Notes: generated by a model from the sequence alone, not told the origin. Positions 36,801 to 46,814 are shown, counted from the first letter of the stretch. The stretch: DNA of 64,000 nucleotides from Negativicutes bacterium (GCA_963665275.2 CAXXIN010000016.1:256001-320000), one strand, 5' to 3'. A program made the numbers and translations.

Positions 36801-37532
36801 ATGCGCATTATCGTTTTAGTGATTGCGTTTTTTTTATCGATCCTGCCGATTGGCGATGCGGCGGCTGAGCGCTTCACGTTGCAGGCCGGAACGCAATGGG
36901 AGACCTATGGCTGTATCGCGGATTCTGGACAGGCTGGCCCGAACGTGTTGATCCTCGGCGGTGTTCACGGCAACGAACCTGCCGGGGCGGCAGCGGCGGA
37001 GAAGGTGTGCGGTTTTTCTCCGATCCTCGGCAAAATCGTGGTCGTTCCGCGGGTGAATCCGCTCGGCCTGAAGGAACAAGTGCGTTATTTGCCGGAAATT
37101 GGCGATATGAACCGGGTATATCCACCCCAGGGCGAGAATACGCCGGCGGAACAAATGGGTATGGAAATCATACGCCTCATGCAGCGCCAGAACATCGCCA
37201 TGCTGATTGATCTGCATGAAGCGCGGACCTTTCACCGTCTCGATGCGACTTCACTGGGGCAGACGCTCCTGTTCGCCAACAATGGCGTGAGTGCGGAACT
37301 GGCAATGGACACGGTGGATACCGTCAATCGCACAATCAGTGAAGAGGTCCGCAAATTTGCGCTAGTGGGACATCCGATCCGAAGCAGTTCCGCCTGGTAT
37401 GCAGGGAAATATCTGGGGATTGCGGCGTTCACGGTGGAAACGAGCTCCCAGCAGCCTCTGGAGGACCGAGTGGAAGAGCATCTGGCCATCGTAAGGGAAC
37501 TGCTCACAGAAGGCGGTTGGCTGCGGCGATGA
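36801..37532 (+). CDS. Exported M14/M99-like zinc peptidase/deacylase, first gene of the pgs operon
   Basis: Signal peptide; GGVHGNE, DMNRVYP, IDLHE, TVET; ATGA overlap with pgsB. Confidence 0.82.
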   Translation: MRIIVLVIAFFLSILPIGDAAAERFTLQAGTQWETYGCIADSGQAGPNVLILGGVHGNEPAGAAAAEKVCGFSPILGKIVVVPRVNPLGLKEQVRYLPEIGDMNRVYPPQGENTPAEQMGMEIIRLMQRQNIAMLIDLHEARTFHRLDATSLGQTLLFANNGVSAELAMDTVDTVNRTISEEVRKFALVGHPIRSSSAWYAGKYLGIAAFTVETSSQQPLEDRVEEHLAIVRELLTEGGWLRR

Positions 37533-38701
37533 TTTCGGCGCTTGGAACGGCGCGGGCCGGGTTCCTGTTTTGCGTTGCCTTGTGGCTGTTATGGCTCGCC
37601 TGGCTGGCTTGGGAAAAAATGAGGCATCAGCGGAACTTGACCGCTTTACGGTTGCGGATCCATGTCAATGGCACCCGCGGCAAGTCAAGTGTGACCCGAC
37701 TGATTGCAGCCGGCCTGCGCGCCGGCGGGATTCGGACCCTGGCCAAGGTGACAGGCACCGAAGCGAAATTCATCGATCCTGATGGAACGGAGCGGGCGGT
37801 GAAGCGGCGCGGACCGGCTAACATCCGTGAGTATCTGGGGACTGCCGACGTAGCTGTTGCCTGCGGCGCCGAGGCGCTGGTCTGCGAATGCATGGCGCTG
37901 CAACCGGAACTGCAGACCTTCTGCGAACAGCGGTTGATGCGTTCCCATATCGGCGTTATCACAAACGTCCGCCATGATCATGAAGAAATCATGGGCCGGG
38001 ATCTGCCTGAAATCGCCGCGACGCTCGGCAGGACGACGCCGGAGTGCGGCAGACTGGTCGCGACGGCAGAGACTGCAGCCTTGCTGCGAGTTGCCGGCGT
38101 ACTGACAGGCAGCGAGGCGTTGCTGACGCTGGCGGATTCGAAGGGGGCGCCTGCGGCGCAACTGGACGGGTTTCCATTCCCTGTGGAACCGGAGAATGTG
38201 GCGCTGGCGCTGGCGGTCTGTGAACTGGCCGGTGTGGAGCGGGAGCAGGCATTGGCAGGGATGCGGGCTTCGCAGGCGGATGGGGGAAACCTGACGGTTA
38301 GCGAGTATCGGGTGGACGACCGCATTTTTCGGTTCGTCGATGCCCTGGCCGCCAACGATCCGGATTCGACGCGCATCCTTTGGACCCGATATGTGGGTGA
38401 TGGAGCGGCGGCGGGAGTATTGTTGCATGCCAGGTGCGACCGCCGGCTACGGACCCGCAAGTTGTGCGAACTACTGACGGAGCTGCATACAGGGCCGTAT
38501 TACCTGACAGGAGATACGGCCTTCGCGTCGCACTGCCTGAGGAGCCATGGAGTTTCAGCCGAGCGCCTGCTTCTGCCCAGGGCGGCCAGACTGGACGAGG
38601 TTCTGCGGATGGCGGCAGAGGTGATGCATCGCCAGGGGAGTGGCGCGCAGGCGGCACAGACCCTATTCGCGGCAGGGAACAGGAAAGGATTCGTGGTGTA
38701 G
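37529..38701 (+). CDS. pgsB: Poly-gamma-glutamate synthase PgsB/CapB
   Basis: RIHVNGTRGKSSVTRLIAAGL, ECMALQP, ITNVRHDH, AANDPDST. Confidence 0.92.
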   Translation: MISALGTARAGFLFCVALWLLWLAWLAWEKMRHQRNLTALRLRIHVNGTRGKSSVTRLIAAGLRAGGIRTLAKVTGTEAKFIDPDGTERAVKRRGPANIREYLGTADVAVACGAEALVCECMALQPELQTFCEQRLMRSHIGVITNVRHDHEEIMGRDLPEIAATLGRTTPECGRLVATAETAALLRVAGVLTGSEALLTLADSKGAPAAQLDGFPFPVEPENVALALAVCELAGVEREQALAGMRASQADGGNLTVSEYRVDDRIFRFVDALAANDPDSTRILWTRYVGDGAAAGVLLHARCDRRLRTRKLCELLTELHTGPYYLTGDTAFASHCLRSHGVSAERLLLPRAARLDEVLRMAAEVMHRQGSGAQAAQTLFAAGNRKGFVV

Positions 38702-38708
38702 CAAGCGC

Positions 38709-39143
38709 ATGCATTTTTTATTTATCGGGATTCTGGTCTCTTTGTTCATTACGGAAGCAACTGGATTTTCACCCGGCGGCGTGGTCGTAGCCGGTTATCT
38801 GGCGTTGTTCGCCCTGCAGCCGATGTGGCTGGGAGGCACGCTCGCGGTGGCGCTGGCGACCTGGGGATTGGTTCGGTTGCTGGGCCGCGGCCTGTTGCTC
38901 TATGGCCGTCGTCTTTTTGCCATGCATCTGCTCACAGGGATGTTGCTGGGACAGGCAGTGATGCTGGCGGGGCGGGGGATGACCCACTGGGACTGGGGAG
39001 TATCGGTCATCGGCTGGATTGTGCCGGGGCTGCTTTCACGCGATTTTGATCGTCAGGGTTTTCTGCCGACGGTTGCAACTACTGCACTGGCCGTCGTCGT
39101 TATAAGGTTGATATCCCTACTGGGGGATGGATTGTTATGGTAA
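38709..39143 (+). CDS. pgsC: Poly-gamma-glutamate biosynthesis protein PgsC/CapC
   Basis: E.TG.SPGG.VV.GYLAL, LLYGRR, IGWIVPGL....DRQG. Confidence 0.9.
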   Translation: MHFLFIGILVSLFITEATGFSPGGVVVAGYLALFALQPMWLGGTLAVALATWGLVRLLGRGLLLYGRRLFAMHLLTGMLLGQAVMLAGRGMTHWDWGVSVIGWIVPGLLSRDFDRQGFLPTVATTALAVVVIRLISLLGDGLLW

Positions 39144-40129
39144 GGCGACTGTCCCTTCTGTTGGCAGCGAACTTGGCCTTTTTCATTGTGTGTCTGATGT
39201 TTCTGCAGACTTCGCCGACGGCGCATCAGATGGAAAAACAGGCGGCAGTTGCTCTGGCGGTTCGGGCGCAGGCCGTTTTGGGTTCCCGGATCTCCGGGCC
39301 GGAATTCACGTTGATCACGACGACGCTGGCGCCGCATGAGGCCAAGCTCCTGTCGCGGCATCCCGATTTTTCGGCGGTGGTGGTGGGTTGGCTGGCTGAA
39401 GCAGGGGTTGGAAAAGGCAACCGGGTGGCGGTGAATCTGTCCGGTTCTTTTCCGGCGCTGAACATTGCCGTACTGGCTGCGATTCAGGCTGTAGGCGCGG
39501 AACCGGTCATTACCAGTTCCGTGGGAGCTTCCACATGGGGTGCGACTGATCCGGACTTCACCTGGCTCGACATGGAACGGCAACTGAGAGAGTCCGCACT
39601 CTGGCTGTGGAAGTCTGCTGCAGCCTCACCGGGCGGAGTCGGTGACCGAGGCGGTGGACTGGCCCCGGAAGGGAAGGCGCTGGCAATTGCTGCCATAGGG
39701 CGCAATGAAGTGCCGCTCATGGAGTCTGCCGATCTGGCGGCAGGCGTTAAGCGGCGGCTTGAGTTGTACCGAGGATCATCGGGAGAATTGCCGCCGGTAC
39801 TGGTGAATGTGGGCGGAAGCCATGTCGTTTTCGGCGAGTCCGGTCACCGTTCGCCGTTGCCGCAGGGACTGAATGTCGGCTATCACCCGCTGCTCGCCGC
39901 GCATGACGGATTGGCCGCAGCTTTTCTGCAATCGAACCGGCCTGTCATCCATATCCTCAATATCGCCCAATTGGCCGCCCAATACGGAATCCGGCCGGAT
40001 ACGCCGCCAGGGAAGAGCGGCGCGTTCCTGTCCCGACAGCTGCCATTGTGGCTGCGGATAGCGGTGGGAGTGTGGGTGATCGGCTGTTTAATGATCCTGT
40101 GGCGTGGGCGGCCGCAAAAAGAACTTTGA
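39137..40129 (+). CDS. pgsW: Poly-gamma-glutamate system protein PgsW
   Basis: GPEFT.ITTT, AK....PDF, SGSFPALN, SSVGASTWGATDP, NVGG, PVIHILNI. Confidence 0.85.
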   Translation: MVRRLSLLLAANLAFFIVCLMFLQTSPTAHQMEKQAAVALAVRAQAVLGSRISGPEFTLITTTLAPHEAKLLSRHPDFSAVVVGWLAEAGVGKGNRVAVNLSGSFPALNIAVLAAIQAVGAEPVITSSVGASTWGATDPDFTWLDMERQLRESALWLWKSAAASPGGVGDRGGGLAPEGKALAIAAIGRNEVPLMESADLAAGVKRRLELYRGSSGELPPVLVNVGGSHVVFGESGHRSPLPQGLNVGYHPLLAAHDGLAAAFLQSNRPVIHILNIAQLAAQYGIRPDTPPGKSGAFLSRQLPLWLRIAVGVWVIGCLMILWRGRPQKEL

Positions 40130-40228
40130 GCTGCGACAGGAATTTGGGAATGGAAGTCAAATAGTATATACAAGAATTGTTAGCGCGAACAGAAGCGTTT
40201 GCAGAACCAGGGGAAATGGAGGGGTTGT

Positions 40229-40753
40229 ATGAAAAAGTGGTGGGGCGCCTTGTGTTTGGTCGCAGTCCTGCTGGTGGGAACCGGCTTGGCCCAGGCCCAA
40301 GCGGAACCTGTTCGCCGTGTTGAAATAGTCCGCAAACCGGGGATCGATTTTCGGCAGTTCAAATCGGTGGGGACGGATGTTGCCGTCAGTTTTCAGCCTT
40401 CCTCCAGCTGGGCGATCGACAAGGGAGATCCATACCTGGAACAACGGATTCAGGAATTGTCGCTGAAAGCGGCTAAAAATCAAGGCTGGGTGCCTATTGA
40501 TAATGTGAGCGCCGATGTGAAGCTGTCGGTGAAAATATTGGACTGGGGACGCCTGCGGAACTCTCAGGGTGATAATCTGATGGAGTATGTTGCCTTTGAG
40601 CTCAAAGTATATACGAATGCCACAGAGGGTCCGGTTTTTCGCGGAACAGGCAAATACAGCCAGAACGCTCCGACGGAACCCAATCTGGAATTAGCTGGCA
40701 ATGCTTATGAATCGATGCTGGAGGATCTCCTGGCGGCACTGCGCACGAATTGA
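40229..40753 (+). CDS. Exported hypothetical protein (DUF4136-like)
   Basis: Signal peptide ending AQA; PGIDFRQFKS, VFRGTG. Confidence 0.55.
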   Translation: MKKWWGALCLVAVLLVGTGLAQAQAEPVRRVEIVRKPGIDFRQFKSVGTDVAVSFQPSSSWAIDKGDPYLEQRIQELSLKAAKNQGWVPIDNVSADVKLSVKILDWGRLRNSQGDNLMEYVAFELKVYTNATEGPVFRGTGKYSQNAPTEPNLELAGNAYESMLEDLLAALRTN

Positions 40754-40777
40754 GGTCAAGAAAGGCCCTCAAGTGAT

Positions 40778-40902
40778 GCGAAATATGCCGCATTGCCGGC
40801 GAAAGCGTCGGCCTGCATCGAGTGCGGGGTTTGCGAGACCCGGTGCCCCTACGACCTGCGATTCGTGATCGATTGAAACAAATTGCCCAGGAAATGGGCT
40901 AA
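40778..40902 (+). pseudogene. 3' relic of an aldo/keto-reductase-type gene (C-terminal 4Fe-4S motif)
   Basis: AKYAALPAKASACIECGVCETRCPYDL[frameshift]IRDRLKQIAQEMG*; no start codon; stop overlaps the RBS of the next gene. Confidence 0.75.
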
Positions 40903-40914
40903 GGAGGGACCAAC

Positions 40915-41778
40915 ATGGCAGATCAACTTTTTGACATAGCAATTGTCGGGGCGGGGCCGGCCGGCTTATCCGCCGCCCTGACGGCGAGGGTCCGCAACAA
41001 GACTGTCGCCCTGTTCGAACATATGGATTTCAGCCCCAAACTGCAAAAAGCCCATACGATTCACAATTATCCGGGCCTGCCGGCGACGCCTGGAAAAGAC
41101 CTGATGAAACAGATCTCCGATCACGCTATGGCCAAAGGCCCGACGCTGATCAAGGAAAAAGTGACGAATATCTTTGCCGGAGATACCTTCACTCTGCTGA
41201 CACCCAATGATACCTATTCGGCCAAAGCTCTTGTACTGGCCATTGGTGTGAGCAACTCGGCGATGATCACAGGCGAAAAGGAACTGGTCGGCAAGGGCGT
41301 CTGCTATTGCGCGACCTGCGACGGCATGCTGTACCGTGACAAGCCGGTGGCGGTCATTGCCTATACGGAGGAGGGTGAACATGAAGCAAACTTCCTCGGC
41401 GAAATCTGCTCTGCCGTGTATTTCATGCCGCAGTACACGACTGAATTCCAGCCATCCCAACCGACGGTGCAGGTGCTGAAGGCACGCCCGCAGGCGGTGC
41501 TGGGAACGGACGAAGTGACGGGGCTGATGACGGATGCAGGTGAATTGAAGGTGGATGGGATCTTCATTCTGCGGCAGTCCGATCCCGCAGAGACCCTATT
41601 GCCGGAACTGGAGATGGACGGTCCGTTCGTGAAAGTGAACCGGGACCAGGCGACCAACGTTCCCGGCGTCTACGCAGCCGGCGACTGCACAGGGAAACCC
41701 TGGCAAATCGCCCGTGCGACCGGCGAAGGACTGACGGCGGTGCTCAGCGCCATCGGATATATCGACAGCAAGAAGTAG
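40915..41778 (+). CDS. Thioredoxin-reductase-like FAD/NAD(P) oxidoreductase
   Basis: GAGPAGLSAA, GVCYCATCDG, GVYAAGD; lacks the second GxGxxA motif. Confidence 0.88.
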   Translation: MADQLFDIAIVGAGPAGLSAALTARVRNKTVALFEHMDFSPKLQKAHTIHNYPGLPATPGKDLMKQISDHAMAKGPTLIKEKVTNIFAGDTFTLLTPNDTYSAKALVLAIGVSNSAMITGEKELVGKGVCYCATCDGMLYRDKPVAVIAYTEEGEHEANFLGEICSAVYFMPQYTTEFQPSQPTVQVLKARPQAVLGTDEVTGLMTDAGELKVDGIFILRQSDPAETLLPELEMDGPFVKVNRDQATNVPGVYAAGDCTGKPWQIARATGEGLTAVLSAIGYIDSKK

Positions 41779-41927
41779 CCTCCAAACAGGCCGAAGACTT
41801 TGGAAATATAGCGCTTGGATTCTCGCGGGAATTCGGGCGCTTTGTTTTCTCAAGGCTGATTTAATGGGCTTGATCAGATATTTATGCAAAAATTGCAGCA
41901 TAAAAATACATTTGTCTTTAAAACGCA

Positions 41928-41959
41928 ACATTTCGTGTTACACATTTCGTGTTACACAT
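41928..41959 (+). repeat. 14-bp perfect tandem repeat (about 2.3 copies)
   Basis: ACATTTCGTGTTAC ACATTTCGTGTTAC ACAT. Confidence 0.85.
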
Positions 41960-42107
41960 AATGACGTACACGGTTTCTTATGGTATGATTTTAGCGTTGG
42001 GCGCGTGCTGTTGCCGGAAAATCATGAGATTTGGACAGAATTCTTCTGTAATTTGTTGAAAAACTGTAGAAATTGAAGGGCATAGGGGAAAAATGGAGGT
42101 TTTACAC

Positions 42108-43277
42108 ATGGATCAAATCAAGGAAACTGTAGCGAAATACCAGGAATATGTGATTGCCACGCGACGGCATTTTCACATGAATCCTGAAACCAGCGGGGAA
42201 GAATTCGCAACACAACAGACCATCATGGAAGAACTTTCCAAGATTGGTCTGTCGCCGCGTAAAGCAGCCGGTACCGGTGTGATCGCCGATATTGTCGGAG
42301 CTTTGCCGGGGAAGACGGTTGCGCTGCGCGCCGACATCGATGCGTTGCCGCTGCAGGATGAAATCACTCAACCGTATCGTTCCCAGGTCGCTGGCAAATG
42401 CCACGCCTGCGGGCATGATGGACATATGGCGATGCTGCTCACAATGGCGAAGGTCTTCGTTGATTTGCAACCGGTGCTGCCGGGCAATATTCGCCTTTTG
42501 TTTCAACCGACCGAAGAGAAGTTCCCCGGCGGTGCGGAAGCTATGATTGCCGACGGCGCCATGGATGGAGTCGACTTCGTGCTGGGAACCCATGTCTGGC
42601 AGACTCTTGCCGCGGGTGTGGTAGGAATCGCATATGGCCGGATGATGGCGGCGCCGGATGAGTTCACGATCAATATCCAGGGCAAAGGCGGTCACGGTTC
42701 AATGCCGCAGGACACAAACAGCGCATTGACTACGGGGGCGGAGATTGTCTGCATGCTCAACGCGATCGTCGCTCAAGCTGTCGATCCGATTGAATCGGCA
42801 GTGCTTTCCATCGGCATGTTCCGTTCCGGCGAAGTTTTCAATATCATTCCGGACAGTGCGGTGATCAAGGGCACAATTCGGTCTTTTGACCAGGCGGTCA
42901 GGATGCGCGTCTGGGATCGAGTGGACCAGATCTGCAACGGCGTGTGCCAGGCGATGGGCGCAACATACACCTTGGACAAGATTTTCGGCTATCCGCCGGT
43001 CATCAATAACCCGGTGGTTGCGGCAGTTGTCGCTGAAGCTGGCCGGGAATCGACCGATCCGGCCATGGTTCAGGAAATTCGGCCCTGCATGGGCGCCGAA
43101 GATTTCTCCTATTATTTGCAGAAAGCACCCGGCATGTTTCTGTTCCTCGGCATCGGCAATCCGGCGACAGGTGCGGCATTCCCACACCACCATCCGAAGT
43201 TCGACATGGATGAGTCGGCCCTGATCACCGGCGTGGAAGTCATGGTACGGGCCGCCCTGAAGCTGAAAGCGCAATAA
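42108..43277 (+). CDS. M20D amidohydrolase
   Basis: RRHFHMNPE, LRADIDAL, HACGHD, AEDFS, PHHHPKFD. Confidence 0.92.
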   Translation: MDQIKETVAKYQEYVIATRRHFHMNPETSGEEFATQQTIMEELSKIGLSPRKAAGTGVIADIVGALPGKTVALRADIDALPLQDEITQPYRSQVAGKCHACGHDGHMAMLLTMAKVFVDLQPVLPGNIRLLFQPTEEKFPGGAEAMIADGAMDGVDFVLGTHVWQTLAAGVVGIAYGRMMAAPDEFTINIQGKGGHGSMPQDTNSALTTGAEIVCMLNAIVAQAVDPIESAVLSIGMFRSGEVFNIIPDSAVIKGTIRSFDQAVRMRVWDRVDQICNGVCQAMGATYTLDKIFGYPPVINNPVVAAVVAEAGRESTDPAMVQEIRPCMGAEDFSYYLQKAPGMFLFLGIGNPATGAAFPHHHPKFDMDESALITGVEVMVRAALKLKAQ

Positions 43278-43316
43278 CTGCCCCAAATAGAATAAATAGC
43301 GAAAGGAGGTGTCTGT

Positions 43317-43511
43317 ATGAAACTGAACCGAGTGATCATCACCCTGATTCCGTTTATCTGGTCAGTAGGCATGGTTCCTTTTGTTAACAAGTCCAAACCT
43401 ATCATTATGGGGTTGCCGTTTTTGGCATTCTGGGAAGTTGCCGGGATTTTCGTCGCGTTTGCCTGTATCGGAGCGCTATACCATCTGGATCAACAGGACA
43501 AAAAAAAATAG
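43317..43511 (+). CDS. DUF3311 small membrane protein (SSS accessory)
   Basis: PFVN..P.IMGLPFL.FW; directly precedes a sodium:solute symporter. Confidence 0.85.
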   Translation: MKLNRVIITLIPFIWSVGMVPFVNKSKPIIMGLPFLAFWEVAGIFVAFACIGALYHLDQQDKKK

Positions 43512-43526
43512 AAAGGAGGTAACCGC

Positions 43527-44987
43527 ATGTCTAACGAAGTCATGTCCCTGGGTATAATTTTTAGCTTTGTTTTATTTGCTACTGTGATTGGCATGTTGCC
43601 CGGCTTGAAAGAAAAAATGAGTCTGGAAGGTTGGGCCATAGGCGGCCGCGGCTTTGGTCGTTGGCTGAGCTGGTTTATTCTGGCTGGTGAAATCTACACC
43701 GCGTTTGCGTTTTTGGGCGCCAGCGGCTGGGCCTATGCACGAGGCGGTCCTACTTTCTATATTCTCGGCTATGGCGGCTTGGCCTATATGGCATCTTACT
43801 GGATTTTGCCTGCGGTTTCGCCGATCGGCAAAAAATTCAACCTGATGACCCAACCGGACTTTATCCAGCATCGCTACAGCGATAAATGGCTGGGCGTTGT
43901 AGTGGCCTGTATTGGCGTAGCCTTCCTGGTGCCTTATCTGCAATTGCAGCTTACGGGCCTAGGTTTGATCGTTGAAACTTGTTCCTATGGTCTGATCGGC
44001 CGTAACGCGGCGATGATGATGGCCTTTGTCATGGTGGCGGCGTTCGTTTACCTGAGCGGCCTGAAAGGCGTCGCGACGACGGCGGTCATCAAAGACGTCA
44101 TCATGATCGTGGCGGTTGCTTTCTTTGGACTGTACCTTCCGTTCCATTATTTTGGCGGACTCGGGCCGATGTTCGAGGCGATCGATGCGGCGAAGCCTGG
44201 CTTTCTCGCACTGCCTGGCGGTACCAAAAACCTTGATGTGAGCTGGTTCATGTCGACTCTGCTGCTGACAAGCCTCGGCTTCTACATGTGGCCGCATATC
44301 TTTGCCAATAGCTTCAGCGCCAAAAATCCTGACGTGCTTCGGCACAATGCGGTATTTCTCCCCTTGTACCAGATCTGCATGCTGTTCCCGATGCTGATTG
44401 GATTCACCGCATTGATGATTCTGGTTCCTGCGTTAAAAACACCTGATATGGCGTTCATGACCATTGTACAGCAGACCCTGCCCGGCTGGGCTCTCGGTCT
44501 GGTGGGCGGCGCCGGTGCGCTGGCCTGCATGATTCCGGCCGCGGACCTTCTGCTGACGATGTCCATGCTGTTCTCCCGCAACGTAGTGGGCAAGAGCATG
44601 AATATTCATGATGACCACACCCTAATGGCGAAAATGGCCAAGCTCGTAGTGCTGGGTGCAACCGGTGTTGCGCTGGCGCTGGCGATATTCGCTCCGAGCA
44701 TGCTCGTCGAGCTGCTGCTGACAGGTTACTCCGGCGTTACCCAGTTCTTCCCGATGATCGTACTGGGTCTCTTCTGGAAAAAATCCACCCGGACAGCGGC
44801 CTGGGTTTCGCTGGTCGTTGGTGAAGCGATCGTTTTCACTCTCATCCTTGGTAAAATGGATCCGTTCGCTATCGCCGGTATGAACCTCAACGCCGGTTTC
44901 GTGGCGCTGGTTATCAACCTGATCGTATTCGTTCTCGTAAGTCTCGCGACTTTCAAAGGAACCGATTCGCAGGCTTGGAAAGCCTAA
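43527..44987 (+). CDS. Sodium:solute symporter (YhjB/MctP-like)
   Basis: W.IGGRGFG, AGEIYTAFAFLG.SG.AY, YMWPH; about 13 TM segments. Confidence 0.9.
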   Translation: MSNEVMSLGIIFSFVLFATVIGMLPGLKEKMSLEGWAIGGRGFGRWLSWFILAGEIYTAFAFLGASGWAYARGGPTFYILGYGGLAYMASYWILPAVSPIGKKFNLMTQPDFIQHRYSDKWLGVVVACIGVAFLVPYLQLQLTGLGLIVETCSYGLIGRNAAMMMAFVMVAAFVYLSGLKGVATTAVIKDVIMIVAVAFFGLYLPFHYFGGLGPMFEAIDAAKPGFLALPGGTKNLDVSWFMSTLLLTSLGFYMWPHIFANSFSAKNPDVLRHNAVFLPLYQICMLFPMLIGFTALMILVPALKTPDMAFMTIVQQTLPGWALGLVGGAGALACMIPAADLLLTMSMLFSRNVVGKSMNIHDDHTLMAKMAKLVVLGATGVALALAIFAPSMLVELLLTGYSGVTQFFPMIVLGLFWKKSTRTAAWVSLVVGEAIVFTLILGKMDPFAIAGMNLNAGFVALVINLIVFVLVSLATFKGTDSQAWKA

Positions 44988-45017
44988 TTTAGGCGCTCCC
45001 GATAGTGAGATCCTATG

Positions 45018-45070
45018 AAAAATCACCAGTCCGGTCGGCGTCTAACCGACCAGAGCTGGTGATTTTTTTT
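45018..45070 (+). terminator. Terminator after the symporter
   Basis: aaaaatcaccag...ctggtgattttt. Confidence 0.8.
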
Positions 45071-45389
45071 GTTAAGTTAAATACAAGCATCCTGTAAAGA
45101 TTGAGTTTAGGCATTTGAGCGATGAAGAATATTCGGTAGAAGGAGGCGGTGAAGCGGTGCTCATTTTAACGAGAAAGATTAGATTCTTGAAATTGAAGCG
45201 CGTATGTCTGCTGCTTATAGTCCTTGATTTTGCAGTTATCTCATTATATGATTGAAACCGATAAGCTACACTGCCGGCGTCTGCTGAAGCAGGAAGAAGA
45301 GGCTATATACTATGCTTTCGTGATGTTTTATATGCTTTGACTATAGTTGCCGTATTTTGACGTATGGACAGAAAAGGGGTGGCTTGGAC

Positions 45390-46799
45390 ATGACGCTTAT
45401 ATCCAATCCCTGTAAGCAGAACGACAAACTGTCTTACGCAGAAATGGAGGATATCATTAAGCAGTCTTATGATGGGATATTAGTTATTGATCGCAATGCG
45501 GATGTCACCTTTGCCAATGATGCTTATTTTCGTATAACAGGTATTCGCAAGTCAGATATTATCGGTCAAAATTTTCGCGAGTTTATGAAGGATACGCCTT
45601 ATAAAAAAGCTGCCTGTCAAGAAGCGTTGGAAACAAAAAAACAAACGACTCAAACACATTATAATTTAGCGCCGGGCAAGGTAATCATGGTAACATCAAA
45701 GCCCATCTTTGATGCCCAAGGACAGGTACGGCTGGTTGTATCCAACTGCCGGGATATGTCGGAGTTGGTTTGTTTGCGGGAGCAATTGGAGCGCGCTCAG
45801 GAAATTGAAGAACAATACTATAAGAACATGGCGGGAGAAATTGCCGGACCTATTGCTCTGAATAGCAAAATGAAAGCGATATTCGCTGCGTCTTCAAAAG
45901 TCAGTTCTGTAGATATTACAGTGCTGATCACAGGCGAGTCGGGTGTAGGCAAAGATGTAGTTGCTCACTACATCCATAATAATAGCCCCAGAAAAGAGGC
46001 GCCCTTTGTCACCGTGAACTGCGGCGCCATTCCCGAAAATCTGCTTGAATCGGAATTTTTCGGCTATGTTGGCGGGGCTTTTACCGGAGCCGCAAAAAGC
46101 GGGAAAAAGGGCTTAATTGAAGCTGCCGATGGCGGAACGCTTTTTTTAGACGAAATCGGCGACCTGCCATTCGGACTGCAGGTGAAATTGCTACGCGCGC
46201 TGGATACAAGTGAAATCACCCGGGTCGGGGATAACTCGCCAACACCGGTAAATATACGATTATTAGCTGCCACCAACCAAGACTTGGAACATATGGTGAA
46301 AGAACATCGCTTTCGAGAAGACCTTTACTATCGGCTCAATGTGATCAATCTTAAAATTCCCCCGCTTAGGGAAAGACCGGAAGATATTCGTCCCCTCGGC
46401 TTATTCTTCTTGCATAAATGTAATCAGCGATATGGCCAAAATAAACGAATTAGTCCTGATGTATTAATTGTTTTGCAACGTTATAGTTGGCCAGGCAATA
46501 TACGCCAATTAAAACATGTTATCGAACGTATGGTTGTTTTAAGCAATGGAGAATACCTTGAATTGTCCACGTTACCTGCCGATATCGGATTGGAGGAAGT
46601 TTTAATAAGCACTTCGGAGTATATAACCGGTGACGGTTTGATTCCGATTCCTGAAGCAGTGGAAAAAGTCGAAAAACAGATTTTAGGTTATGCATTGAAA
46701 CATTATTCCAGCAGCCGACAAATTGCTAAAGTTACAGGTATCGACCAGACTACAGTGCTGCGTAAAATAAAAAAATACGGTCTGGACCGAAATTCATAA
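45390..46799 (+). CDS. Sigma54-dependent enhancer-binding protein (PAS-AAA+-TyrR-type HTH)
   Basis: PAS N-terminus, GESGVGK, GAFTGA, LFLDEIG, WPGNIRQL, C-terminal HTH. Confidence 0.94.
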   Translation: MTLISNPCKQNDKLSYAEMEDIIKQSYDGILVIDRNADVTFANDAYFRITGIRKSDIIGQNFREFMKDTPYKKAACQEALETKKQTTQTHYNLAPGKVIMVTSKPIFDAQGQVRLVVSNCRDMSELVCLREQLERAQEIEEQYYKNMAGEIAGPIALNSKMKAIFAASSKVSSVDITVLITGESGVGKDVVAHYIHNNSPRKEAPFVTVNCGAIPENLLESEFFGYVGGAFTGAAKSGKKGLIEAADGGTLFLDEIGDLPFGLQVKLLRALDTSEITRVGDNSPTPVNIRLLAATNQDLEHMVKEHRFREDLYYRLNVINLKIPPLRERPEDIRPLGLFFLHKCNQRYGQNKRISPDVLIVLQRYSWPGNIRQLKHVIERMVVLSNGEYLELSTLPADIGLEEVLISTSEYITGDGLIPIPEAVEKVEKQILGYALKHYSSSRQIAKVTGIDQTTVLRKIKKYGLDRNS

Positions 46800-46814
46800 A
46801 AATATCGCCGCTCC

